In this document: positions 29,301 to 37,075 of the stretch, in pieces
How the letters are laid out: each line of letters opens with the position of its first letter
Position numbering within the stretch: the stretch's first letter is position 1
DNA from: a virus
Lineage: Duplodnaviria > Caudoviricetes
Length of the DNA: 64,000 nucleotides
Reading direction: 5' to 3' (one strand)
IMG/VR virus record: IMGVR_UViG_3300047359_001782
Location: 23,402 to 87,401 of that record
Program-made: the position numbers and the translations under genes
The notes under the pieces: generated by a model
Seen by the model: the letters and a program-made list of their open reading frames with translations, nothing else
Databases searched by the model: none
What the model was told of the DNA's origin: nothing

Positions 29301-31574
29301 GCTGAAGCTATGCAAGTAGCTTTAAATGGCGCAGATGATCTTGGTGATGCAATGACTCAAATAGGAATAAATTTTTTGCAATCTATACAGTCTGCATTTT
29401 TACAGCAAGCCGCTCAAGGTATTGTTGGAATGATGGGTTTTAATGCCACTAATAGATATAATGGTGGACCTATAAGGAATTACTCCAAAGGCGGATCTGT
29501 TCCCGCTATGGTTTCCGATGGAGAATACCTTATGAGTAAAGAAGCTGTTAATAGGTACGGCGGAAGCTTTATGCATACTTTAAATTCTGGCGGTAAAATA
29601 CCTAAATACGCTAATGGAGGATGGGTTGACTCAGGCTTGAGTGGCGCTTTTGCATCTACCCCATCTACTTCATCTCCTCTATCACCTCCTTCCACGTCTT
29701 TCGATAATTTCTTCGCTCCTCAACCAGAGTTTAGCGTTCTCCCTCCAAAGAGTTTTAAGCAAAAAATGATGGGCTTTATAAATGATGATGACAATATGAA
29801 ATTGTTTGAGCAGGAGTATCAAAAAGCTCAAGCTGAAGCTTTTGCTCCAAGCACTGCTCTTGCAGATGTGTTTAGTAATCCTCCTGCGTCGCCTATATTT
29901 ACCGAACCTCCTTCAGAGTTTAGCGTTCTTCCTCCAAGAAGCTTCAAAAATAAAATGATGGACTTTCTTGGTGACTCAGATAATATGAAATTGTTTGAAG
30001 ACCAGTATGGTTTAGCTCAAAAGAAGGCTGCTGGAATAGAAGCGTTTTCTTTAAAAAACCAACCTAGCCCCCAACAAAAAATGGAGAAAGCAACTTCCCC
30101 ATTCAACTGGAAACAGAATAGCGATGGAACTGTTGATTTTGGATCAACACCATTCGAAACTCCTTTGAGAAGGTCAACTACCGTTAGTGATATAGATGGA
30201 ACTGGAAACACTAAAAAAGGTAATTGGGATCCATTTGCTTTAATTGACCCTAATAAAATCCAAGGGCCACCTGCAGTAGATCAAAGCGCAGACATTCTTA
30301 AGCTCGTAGAAAAGCAATTGGTAAAAGAAAGATCTCAAGAAGTACGGCAAAAGGGTGCTAATATATCTCAAATAAGGAAGAAATACGATTACCTTTTAAA
30401 TAGTCTAAGAAATAAAGATGAAAATGTTTTTGATTACGGCAAAACACAGGATGAGACTTTTTCGGATTTAATATATTCTACTGAGAATGGTAAATTCAGG
30501 GGTTGGGATACTTCTGCATATGGCCCGACCCCAAAAAAGAAAGTTCGATATACAAACTCGCTAGATAAATGGTTGCGGGGGTATATTCACGAAAAAAGAA
30601 ATCCGCCTTTTAATAAGAGGGGCTTTTCTAAAGGAGGAAGAGTTCAGAATTTCGCAGAAGGAGGGGATGTTGAAAAGCTTATTCCAGAAGAAGGGTCTGC
30701 GTTAGCTGAAAACTTTGGAGGAGGAAGAGCGTTTGAGTCAGGGAGAGCCTATCAGTCTAAGGCTATGAGCGGATATTTTTACAGTGGATTAGCTGGCAAT
30801 GTCGGAATAGAAGATGACGCTTCAAAGCTTAGAGAAGTTCTTGCGGAAGAAGAGCGTCAGCGACAAAAAGCTTTAATGAAAAAAAGGAAAAAGAAGCAGT
30901 TTTGGCAAAGTTTAGCGGGAACGGCTTTAAGCGCTGGAATAGCTTGGGGAACTAAAAATCTTGGCGATATGTTTCAAAAACCAGATGCAACGTTAGATCT
31001 GTCTAGAGAAGCAATACTGAACGCGCCTAGCGAGTCTTTTAATACGGGTTTAGGAGATAGTTTTGGCTCTTTTGATAATATTAGTAGTCTAAGTAGCTCT
31101 TCTCTTGCCAATCAGTATGATTATTTTGGCAGGCCTAAAATAGGTAGAAACAGTGGAGGTTTTATTAGAAAATACGCGGGGGGTGGGTATATTTCAGGTA
31201 AATCTGGTATAGATCAAATTCCGGCAATGCTAAGTGAGGGTGAATATGTTATTAAGGCAAGTAGCGCAAGAAAATTAGGAAAGTCAACTCTTGACAGTAT
31301 TAATGCTGGTAAATTTAATGATGGCGGACCTGTATCAGGGGAGTTTGGTTCATCCGATAGTAATATTTCTGGGGGTAATACTAATAATATTAATATTTCA
31401 ATAAATATGGAGCGAGGTAAAGCTTCTAGCGAAAGCGAACAAAAATCAGGTCAAAATCCAGCAGAACAATCAGAAGAGCAAAGCAGTAATGTCGCTCTAG
31501 CAGATAAAATTAAACAGCAAGTAGTTTCAGTTATAGTTGAAGAACAAAGGCCTGGCGGTTTATTAAGCGGTTAA
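23400..31574 (+). CDS. Tape measure protein (TP901-type core), 2724 aa, with motif-delimited inserts
   Basis: Core EYARQG..ALIL..L..VD...AVS..G..IGNSFKTIF.RI; long helical regions; Gly/Ala TM-like segment; two PAM(V/L)S(D/E)GEY(L/V) C-terminal modules. Confidence 0.93.
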   Translation: MAINLDVHGNTQPLEAAVQAAVNRIRRTPIKITVDDKGATQPLGNMKRGADEFTKSMEAANARIIAFGASMAIINGVADSFKAMVRNMVEVEKSLADINVVMGLNAQSLEKFSDGLFKVAKETGAAFKIAADAATEYARQGLNVEESLKRTKDALILTRLTGMDSAEAVKSLTAAMNTYGHQIKDTTQLVSKFAAVDVKFAVSAEDFADAISRTGAAAKGAGVDIDELIGLVTAAQQQTARGGKVIGNSFKTIFTRIGRTDTLNQLENLGIAVRDIEGRTLGAKRILSDLANTFDTLSEAQKAQIAQTVGGVFQINVLKAVLGDAAKQNGILANATQISANATDEAITKNEQLRNTMAAMATETGLAIKQVSAQAGEIALGPGIEKVLNTVKAIAENISGSLGDGEGAGNEFAKGLLRGIGNVITGPGLVVLTTVFIKLFGQAFKFTKDSLGSLIGITNEAQKQKAIQTSIVTLFGQNAALSKEMLRTDISRTEKEKIILSLLKAQVAEANVLNNVSKQAAATLYTKGYGANLTPRKGRAYGHIPNFAHPEREQAAKGGYSAGNIREMNMPGEGPIIYNSSETVKNFKGMNQPAIMPPQSSKAGKNYQQAFGDIHGFDPYAAGGYIPNFAKKTAAEYLENARNAKTTANLTNIVKGRQIGGVTFSPEQQAAAAAALRERSAAIKTVSTSSQLKAKDNDVISQIYNKSGKMVLFAASAQGGGSYAGDRKKNIIYLNPNPTKGGSKFSTTNKTGMVPVNVPYFTIGKNDEERAKNDPKIKNKIEGDLVNQAQKTTNHLVSTIFKEESIPNVIKPGDVAVTVGNVFEKILMSVQKGVAKEAYDADPPGNALLDIPRGGRDALWNLFGATPLGSLGAEAKIALGSDGDAAHLKSAAEKFYKIDSYKGPGGKKAKAFAPAGQAQVKRGGTKASGHIPNFAKVKWSIDKKKGQYGLTGSHMELMQFVDYLERAGVEPKKLEVLKTRIKKIQSNIGKKRTEFKQNNVPGFGRSGARYYDQLKAISQGSYLDTKGTFIKDLGKYVKDFNRGGGMFAAGLNAGKGFIPNFAADPLTDAIGRERDAGIPVSQIRVGTHPALMNKGNPIGLGVTNTKDEPNGLRDVFGSANGFVPNYASEDYFKTKDIDDSSLNRKARNELMLKVNKELKKELSQLPKGRRAAENVASIMEKLTGKYKLNEQAVTRVSQSLSSSKGYIDKLNVRRQQLSSAYQKSMLGKVSSSAGKMFGGGVGMTAMIGAPMAAGFLQSEGAGQTGAGSAMYAAGGALQGAASGGMMASMIAPFFGPAAPLVIGVGGLMGAVSGMMSASEANTEALKENARQENIRIRNMATTSSSVLAENIDPNLKLSETEMTGTYFKQNQEKLGDIGILEALKTFGLGDLTNVSKDNSYAKKLEESMARIEKFTGESPVSARRSGGLGKFQRDLLIQGMKGREKEVITDSSIIESFGFEGKDEVLGEDLIKKIKSTQGGTGSEGEKRINAMMFGLVKILNERVKSQKKIANGLILQLNLQKAMIHAQQKSAEAQLDIKAEYIDMSNSLKTEKQLMGSLISEERKARIDFIGAINKAEEAYELGTNQAKSEFKKGLISDVSSGQNAGLTQALKQKLFKDLNEAALEDKTTVDLTNELNSKSAEDLLQILKDIGVNEDQANKIVENRSLLYQNQITLLGKQKTISDSQANSELTINNILGKRRELLEDMNQSIQNFNRNSSFLSESSALDKRIADAGRSVGGYTSKQKQLQIDRSDLESRIVPGMVRKSSGAKLGILQQASKDLEIGGFTDEEIDKILKMEGKEVDISSILESRFKDAGGKNEITNLQDVLGGYGKDLLSDEEFQQTVGGGETRQEMKQRLEELKILDQQRLGVNEDLNKEIKNINDSLIQQNILKEKGVQAVESELSAREKNDRYMRGQSVTIDGQVDDRSAITRGMSNSFAEMRDQAQYMHYEIGKRVPNLLADGLAEAMQVALNGADDLGDAMTQIGINFLQSIQSAFLQQAAQGIVGMMGFNATNRYNGGPIRNYSKGGSVPAMVSDGEYLMSKEAVNRYGGSFMHTLNSGGKIPKYANGGWVDSGLSGAFASTPSTSSPLSPPSTSFDNFFAPQPEFSVLPPKSFKQKMMGFINDDDNMKLFEQEYQKAQAEAFAPSTALADVFSNPPASPIFTEPPSEFSVLPPRSFKNKMMDFLGDSDNMKLFEDQYGLAQKKAAGIEAFSLKNQPSPQQKMEKATSPFNWKQNSDGTVDFGSTPFETPLRRSTTVSDIDGTGNTKKGNWDPFALIDPNKIQGPPAVDQSADILKLVEKQLVKERSQEVRQKGANISQIRKKYDYLLNSLRNKDENVFDYGKTQDETFSDLIYSTENGKFRGWDTSAYGPTPKKKVRYTNSLDKWLRGYIHEKRNPPFNKRGFSKGGRVQNFAEGGDVEKLIPEEGSALAENFGGGRAFESGRAYQSKAMSGYFYSGLAGNVGIEDDASKLREVLAEEERQRQKALMKKRKKKQFWQSLAGTALSAGIAWGTKNLGDMFQKPDATLDLSREAILNAPSESFNTGLGDSFGSFDNISSLSSSSLANQYDYFGRPKIGRNSGGFIRKYAGGGYISGKSGIDQIPAMLSEGEYVIKASSARKLGKSTLDSINAGKFNDGGPVSGEFGSSDSNISGGNTNNINISINMERGKASSESEQKSGQNPAEQSEEQSSNVALADKIKQQVVSVIVEEQRPGGLLSG

Positions 31575-31575
31575 T

Positions 31576-32454
31576 ATGAGTTATTCTAATTACGAGCAAA
31601 CTGTAATTATAAATGGTTACGAATTATTAGGTGTTCAGTCCGTAGATGGCAGTTATGGAATTAGCGAGAAACCAATTAGGGTTGCTGGCGTAGGATTCAT
31701 TGACGCATTAATTGATTCACCTTTGCAAGGCAACTTTTCTATAGGTAGAAAAATGGTTGGCTACGATCCTTTGTTAGAGAAAAATATATATGGTAAATAT
31801 AAATTTGATGAAGAAGAGATTAACGGTTCAATACTATACGAAAATAATACAAAGGGCTTTGGCTTTACAAAAGGAAGAGTTTCAAGATATTCTGTAAACT
31901 GTTCAGTTGGTGAAATTCCTGATATTCAAACTGATATTATAGTTTATGGGCAGCTCGGAAAGGATGTGTCTATGAGTCCGGCAACAAAAGAAAATAAAAA
32001 TATAAAATATCCGGATCAGTCAACAATAAGGGTTACTATTAGCGATTTTTCAATCGATGCAGTTAGTTCTTTTGCTTACAGTAGAGGAATAAATGTAAAT
32101 GCTGTATATGGTTTGCCTAAGGGTAATTCTTCTGACTGGGAAAACTCTCAAGCTTCCGTTAAAAACTTAGAGCCAATTCAGATCGACACTCAATACCCTA
32201 TTGAAACAGATGTCAATGTATCTATTATTGCTGATCAATATGAAATTAGAGAAATAAAAGATAGAATTCAAGCTGCTCCGAAAAGCGATGTTAAAATAGA
32301 AATTTTAGATTCTTACGCTCAAACTGATATTAATACATTTGAGATTGAGAATGCTCGATTAATTAGCGAAGCAATTAATAGTACTGTTGCAGAGGAAATG
32401 AATATTTCTCTAGCCTACAAAGGTTATGAAACCTACCACAATCCTTTAGTATGA
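31576..32454 (+). CDS. Tail tip tube-like protein
   Basis: GVQSVDGSY and FTKGRVSRYSVNCSVGEIP resemble the tube protein; follows the tape measure. Confidence 0.55.
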   Translation: MSYSNYEQTVIINGYELLGVQSVDGSYGISEKPIRVAGVGFIDALIDSPLQGNFSIGRKMVGYDPLLEKNIYGKYKFDEEEINGSILYENNTKGFGFTKGRVSRYSVNCSVGEIPDIQTDIIVYGQLGKDVSMSPATKENKNIKYPDQSTIRVTISDFSIDAVSSFAYSRGINVNAVYGLPKGNSSDWENSQASVKNLEPIQIDTQYPIETDVNVSIIADQYEIREIKDRIQAAPKSDVKIEILDSYAQTDINTFEIENARLISEAINSTVAEEMNISLAYKGYETYHNPLV

Positions 32455-33353
32455 GCGATAAATTATTAAGATTTGAAGATGGTAAAATTACTATTGGGGG
32501 TAAAGATTTATTGGCTAGCTCTGCTAATTTATCTATATCTCCTAAGCTTGAGGCGGAAAGAGTATACGGCGATTATGATAGTTCTATTGTTGGCGCGAAA
32601 ACAGAGTTTGTAAAATTTGCTCCTGTTGGAGGATTAACTGGTAAATTATCTATAAATTTTTATATATCTTCTGATAAATTTACTATTGATGGTAATCCTA
32701 ATTCTATAGAAAGAATGTTTGATATTGCTGCTGGCATGGATGAGCGTTCTATTAATAATAATATTGTTGGTAGATATAGTTTTAATAATATGTATTTAAA
32801 TTCTTTTAGTTTTGAAATGTCTCCTTTTAGAATGGTGATGGCTAGCGCCTCTTACGACATATATGGGTCAATTGAAAGAGTGATCGATCAGAGATTTCGT
32901 CAATCTAATGTAAATTTCGCGCACGGACTTAAGTCTTTCGGGAATATACTTGCCAGTGGGGTTGAACAAAATGAATTTGAAATTTCTAAGTTAAAATATA
33001 GTATCGTTGTTAATAGAAAAATACATGATCAAATACGAGCTAATGAAAATACTTCAATAAATACTAGCCCTAGCGGAACTGTTCCTGTGAGATGTTCTGT
33101 AGAAAATATAGAAAAAGAAATGAGAATCGAAGGTAATGAAATTATTGAAAAAATCAACGCATACGGAGATAAGCAAACATCTTCCGCTGCAGAGGGAATA
33201 GAAGATTCTAAGATAGAAGCTTTTCTTTTATCTCTTGAGGGAGAAAAGGTTGCAAGGTTTTCCGCGAAAGGCAAGATTCAGACTCAAGACATTGCTATAT
33301 CAGAAGGTCAATATGCTACAGCTAATATAACGATAAAAGAAATTATTAAATAA
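32451..33353 (+). CDS. Tail tip tube-like/baseplate protein
   Basis: Beta-rich (FNNMYLNSFSFEMSP); lies between the tape measure and the gpM-like gene. Confidence 0.5.
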   Translation: MSDKLLRFEDGKITIGGKDLLASSANLSISPKLEAERVYGDYDSSIVGAKTEFVKFAPVGGLTGKLSINFYISSDKFTIDGNPNSIERMFDIAAGMDERSINNNIVGRYSFNNMYLNSFSFEMSPFRMVMASASYDIYGSIERVIDQRFRQSNVNFAHGLKSFGNILASGVEQNEFEISKLKYSIVVNRKIHDQIRANENTSINTSPSGTVPVRCSVENIEKEMRIEGNEIIEKINAYGDKQTSSAAEGIEDSKIEAFLLSLEGEKVARFSAKGKIQTQDIAISEGQYATANITIKEIIK

Positions 33354-35674
33354 TGAATAATTTAGAAGGGCTGTTAAAATCTCAAAACGTAACTCATGTA
33401 ACGAATTATTCTGGTGAGTTTCAGACTGGCGTTGATTATAAAAAATTTGACTTCGTATATTATACTGGAGATGGTAGATTTTATTACGCCAAAGAAGATG
33501 CGATTAATGGCGGAGGAAATTTTATAGAGGCAAGTCAAAGATTAGCTTTAGTTCCTGATGGGCCAATCTCTAGCGAGGGTCAAACTCACTATATAGTTGA
33601 TTTAATGAATAGGCCCGATGCTGTTAATTTAGAGTTGCGAGTTGGCCAAGTTTTAAATCTAGAAGGTTGTACTGGTGATAATAGCGGAATATATAGGGTT
33701 CTTGATATAGAAAAAGATATTAAGTCCTTGAATAATGACCCTGATCTCGAGGGAACCGCTATACAGGTTCTGCCTGTTAGTGGTGGGTTTAATGATTTTG
33801 AACCTATCGGACCTCAAACTATTTCGCTGTCTTCTATAAACACTTATCCATCTGATAATTCAAACGCCTGGACTGCGGATAAATTTTTCTTTGACGCCGA
33901 TTATAATTCAACAGCTAATTTTAAGGCAAATAATTATAAGTATCAATATGGAAATGGTTATTATATAGTTCAGCCAAAAAACATTAATTCATTAACTTTT
34001 GAATTAGATTTAGAATTTAAAAATAGAACTAATAGAGAATCGAATGCAATAGTTCATTTCCTTGAAAATCATCAGGGGCAGCACGAAGAAGACATGCCTT
34101 CTCCTAATCTAAAATATTCTCAAGGTATATCTGGTTTTAAATGGGATGGTAATGCAGCGTTTTTTCCTTATAATTCAAACGAGATGCAACTTAAGAAATT
34201 TTATTGCAATGAATGGAGCCACGCGTTAAATTTTGAAAATAGTAATGATATTACTGTTAGATTTAGAAACTTAGATACATCAATATTAAATAAATCGGAG
34301 GGGCTTTTTCTTAATCCTGCAGATGAATATTCTGATACTGAATATTATGAAAAAAATGATGTTGTTTATTCTGATGAAAATAAAAAATTTTATTATTGGA
34401 GCGGAGAATCTCCTGAGGTGGGCAAGTCTCCTGTCGAAGCTCAGGATTCTTGGACTAGGGAAAATGGTTATTTTAAAGATGTTAATACTGAGTATTGGAG
34501 TAGGTCATTCTTTTGGAAGCCTTCATTGAGTTTAAACGTCACTCAAAAGCCAAGGATGAATGAAATAATGTCTGAAGGGGGATATTCTCAGTTGTATCGT
34601 GATGGAATAAATGAAAGCCTTCTTTCTTTAGAGTTAGAATTTAATAATAGAAACGATAGCGAAGCTTATGCAATACTACATTTCCTTGAGCAACATCTAG
34701 GTTATATACCTTTTGAGTTTAAGCCCCCGTCTCCATACGAAGCTTCTAAAAATTTTATATGTCAGCAATGGCAACATAGATACACTTATAAAAATAATCA
34801 CTCTATTAAGGCTGTATTTGAGCAATTCCCTTTGAATTTTACCGCTTCAGAATACGATAATCATATTAGCCCCCCAAAAACTCTGCGGGCTGAATTATTG
34901 TGCGCTAACCCTGTAATTGTTGCAGAGGTTAATGTTGATGAACCTGTCTATTTGGGTGGTCTCGCTAAAAAAAGAGTGGAGCTTAGGAATATAGGAGGAG
35001 AAGCTGTTACAGTATATAATTTAAGGCAATTAGACGAGTATAGTCCTTTATCAATAGTTTCTCAAACTTCAGAAGATGATGTATGTATTGTAAACTTAAA
35101 TTCATTAAACTCTGATGATTTTATTTATCAGTTAGATGACGATAATTCCCTGCCTTTTAATTTATCTAATCAATACGTTAAAGTTGATAAATCTTACACT
35201 GAAGGATTAGAGGGTGGCCAGTTCTTTACTGTTATGGAAAGAGACGGCGATAACTACACTAGGAAGACTTATAATGGTCTAATAGATAAGTATTTTCAGG
35301 ATAATAGGGGTAACATAAAATCAATTGCTAGGGCACAATTGGGAGAATTAATAAGTTCTGCGTTGCATAGCGAATTTCTCATTAAGAATTTTTTTATAAA
35401 AAATAAAACAAATCAAATTCCTGGTGGTCAGAGCGCTTTTTTTGACCTAGCCTTTTATGGAGAAATAAATCCGCTAAATTATGATTTTATATACCACATG
35501 AATAATGAAAATGCTGAGCTTGGTGATTTAGTTTTTGTTACTGAAGGAGGGGAGGAAGTCTTAATTAGCTCTTTGTTTGGGCAAGGTTATTACGGTGGCG
35601 GAATTAATGTTGGAAATTCTTCTTTAGAAGATAATATACTTATTAATGCGTCTATATATATAAGTGATGTCTAG
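33353..35674 (+). CDS. Distal tail protein with two lambda-gpM-like domains and CBM-like inserts
   Basis: Repeated GY..(KN/DG)IN...LELEF.NR...E..AI.HFLE.H.G..F..F.C..W domains. Confidence 0.75.
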   Translation: MNNLEGLLKSQNVTHVTNYSGEFQTGVDYKKFDFVYYTGDGRFYYAKEDAINGGGNFIEASQRLALVPDGPISSEGQTHYIVDLMNRPDAVNLELRVGQVLNLEGCTGDNSGIYRVLDIEKDIKSLNNDPDLEGTAIQVLPVSGGFNDFEPIGPQTISLSSINTYPSDNSNAWTADKFFFDADYNSTANFKANNYKYQYGNGYYIVQPKNINSLTFELDLEFKNRTNRESNAIVHFLENHQGQHEEDMPSPNLKYSQGISGFKWDGNAAFFPYNSNEMQLKKFYCNEWSHALNFENSNDITVRFRNLDTSILNKSEGLFLNPADEYSDTEYYEKNDVVYSDENKKFYYWSGESPEVGKSPVEAQDSWTRENGYFKDVNTEYWSRSFFWKPSLSLNVTQKPRMNEIMSEGGYSQLYRDGINESLLSLELEFNNRNDSEAYAILHFLEQHLGYIPFEFKPPSPYEASKNFICQQWQHRYTYKNNHSIKAVFEQFPLNFTASEYDNHISPPKTLRAELLCANPVIVAEVNVDEPVYLGGLAKKRVELRNIGGEAVTVYNLRQLDEYSPLSIVSQTSEDDVCIVNLNSLNSDDFIYQLDDDNSLPFNLSNQYVKVDKSYTEGLEGGQFFTVMERDGDNYTRKTYNGLIDKYFQDNRGNIKSIARAQLGELISSALHSEFLIKNFFIKNKTNQIPGGQSAFFDLAFYGEINPLNYDFIYHMNNENAELGDLVFVTEGGEEVLISSLFGQGYYGGGINVGNSSLEDNILINASIYISDV

Positions 35675-36734
35675 TTCTAATCAAAATTTTAATAAAAGCC
35701 TGTTTTCAATAAATCCGGATGTAATTATTGATTTATTTGATATAGATTTTAGTAGCTTACAGTCTGATTTTCAGGAATTGAAAGATGTATATGGAGTGAA
35801 TTTGGGGTCGGATTCAGTTTATAGATTTTGCCCTATGATTAATGGGTCAAACCCAATAATATGGCAGGGTTATTCTTATCAACCTTTACCTATATCAATA
35901 GAGGGTTTCGAGCAGAAGTCAGATGGCACACTTCCTCGACCTAAATTAAAAATTGCTAACCCTCAAGGCTTATTCTCTAAGATATTTTATTCAAACGAAG
36001 ATTTTATAGGCTGTAAAGTTTCAAGGAAACGAACTTATGCTAGATTTTTAGATGATGAAAATTTTCAGCAGCAAAGCGGTAATCCTTTTGGGGGTGCAGA
36101 TCCTAATGCCAGATTTAACGAAGACGTCTTTTTTATAAATAGGAAAATATCTGAAGATAAGAATTTCATAGAAATAGAGCTCGTTTCTGTTCTAGAGTTA
36201 GAAGAGTCTTGGGTTCCAGCGAGAATCATACTTGCGGATTATTGTAATTGGACATATCGATGCGAAATCGGATGTGGTTATAAAGGTTTAGGTATAGAGA
36301 CTATAGATGGTAAAAGCTTAATTGAGGGTTTTGGATTTAAAGACTCTTCCGGAAGAATTGATCCCAACAAGTACCAAGACGTAAATCAAGTTCCAGAGTG
36401 GAATAAATTAGGCTTGCTTGATGGGGAGACTCAAAATGACGGTTATAAATTGGGCGATATAGTAAAAATTAGCCCAGACTCTAATAAGGATCCGTATAAA
36501 AGGTCTATTGGTGTATTTGTATGTATTCAAGATCACTCCGACCCTATAAATCACCACCCTTTTTTAGATAGAGAATTCTGGTTAAAAGATGAATGTTCGA
36601 AAACTCTTGAATCATGCAAAAAAAGATTTTCAAAAGAGGACTCTTCTTTGATTGATTTTAATAAAATCGACTCTACTCATGAGGGCTTAAGATTTGGAGG
36701 TTTTCCTGGGACAGAAAAATACAGCATTGAATGA
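35664..36734 (+). CDS. Minor tail protein L-like (4-Cys Fe-S motif)
   Basis: WQGYSYQPLPI..GFE..G.LPRPKL, RKRTYARFLD, CNWTYR..C.Y.G, DECSKTLESCKKRF and FGGFPG. Confidence 0.9.
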   Translation: MMSSSNQNFNKSLFSINPDVIIDLFDIDFSSLQSDFQELKDVYGVNLGSDSVYRFCPMINGSNPIIWQGYSYQPLPISIEGFEQKSDGTLPRPKLKIANPQGLFSKIFYSNEDFIGCKVSRKRTYARFLDDENFQQQSGNPFGGADPNARFNEDVFFINRKISEDKNFIEIELVSVLELEESWVPARIILADYCNWTYRCEIGCGYKGLGIETIDGKSLIEGFGFKDSSGRIDPNKYQDVNQVPEWNKLGLLDGETQNDGYKLGDIVKISPDSNKDPYKRSIGVFVCIQDHSDPINHHPFLDREFWLKDECSKTLESCKKRFSKEDSSLIDFNKIDSTHEGLRFGGFPGTEKYSIE

Positions 36735-37053
36735 TATCCCTAGGCAGGTATTAAATCAAATTAAAGATTTATCTCATTTGCATCAAGATGAGGAAGTTTG
36801 TGGTATTATTTATAATAAATATAAAGATATTATGCCATGTCAAAATATTAGTAACAATAAATCTAATTCTTTTTGTATTGACCCTTATATGTTTATTGAA
36901 TATGATGTTGATGTAGTTTTTCATTCTCATATTACTGGTAGCTCTTACCCTTCTTGTTGGGATATGGAATCTTCAGCTAAAATAAATATACCATATTTAA
37001 TATATAGTTTAAGAGATAAAGACTTTTACTTATATAATAATATAGGTGTATAA
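36727..37053 (+). CDS. JAB/MPN+ metalloprotease (gpK-like, lacking the NlpC/P60 domain)
   Basis: EEVCG..FHSH....PS..D; likely TTG start. Confidence 0.85.
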   Translation: MNDIPRQVLNQIKDLSHLHQDEEVCGIIYNKYKDIMPCQNISNNKSNSFCIDPYMFIEYDVDVVFHSHITGSSYPSCWDMESSAKINIPYLIYSLRDKDFYLYNNIGV

Positions 37054-37075
37054 AATATGTAAGGTTTAAGGTAAG

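Noticed and set aside
23453-30211. Many antisense and alternate-frame ORFs within the tape measure and other long genes (also 10753, 14152, 55441, 56244)
   Set aside because: Shadow ORFs opposite well-supported genes, with no motifs or promoters.
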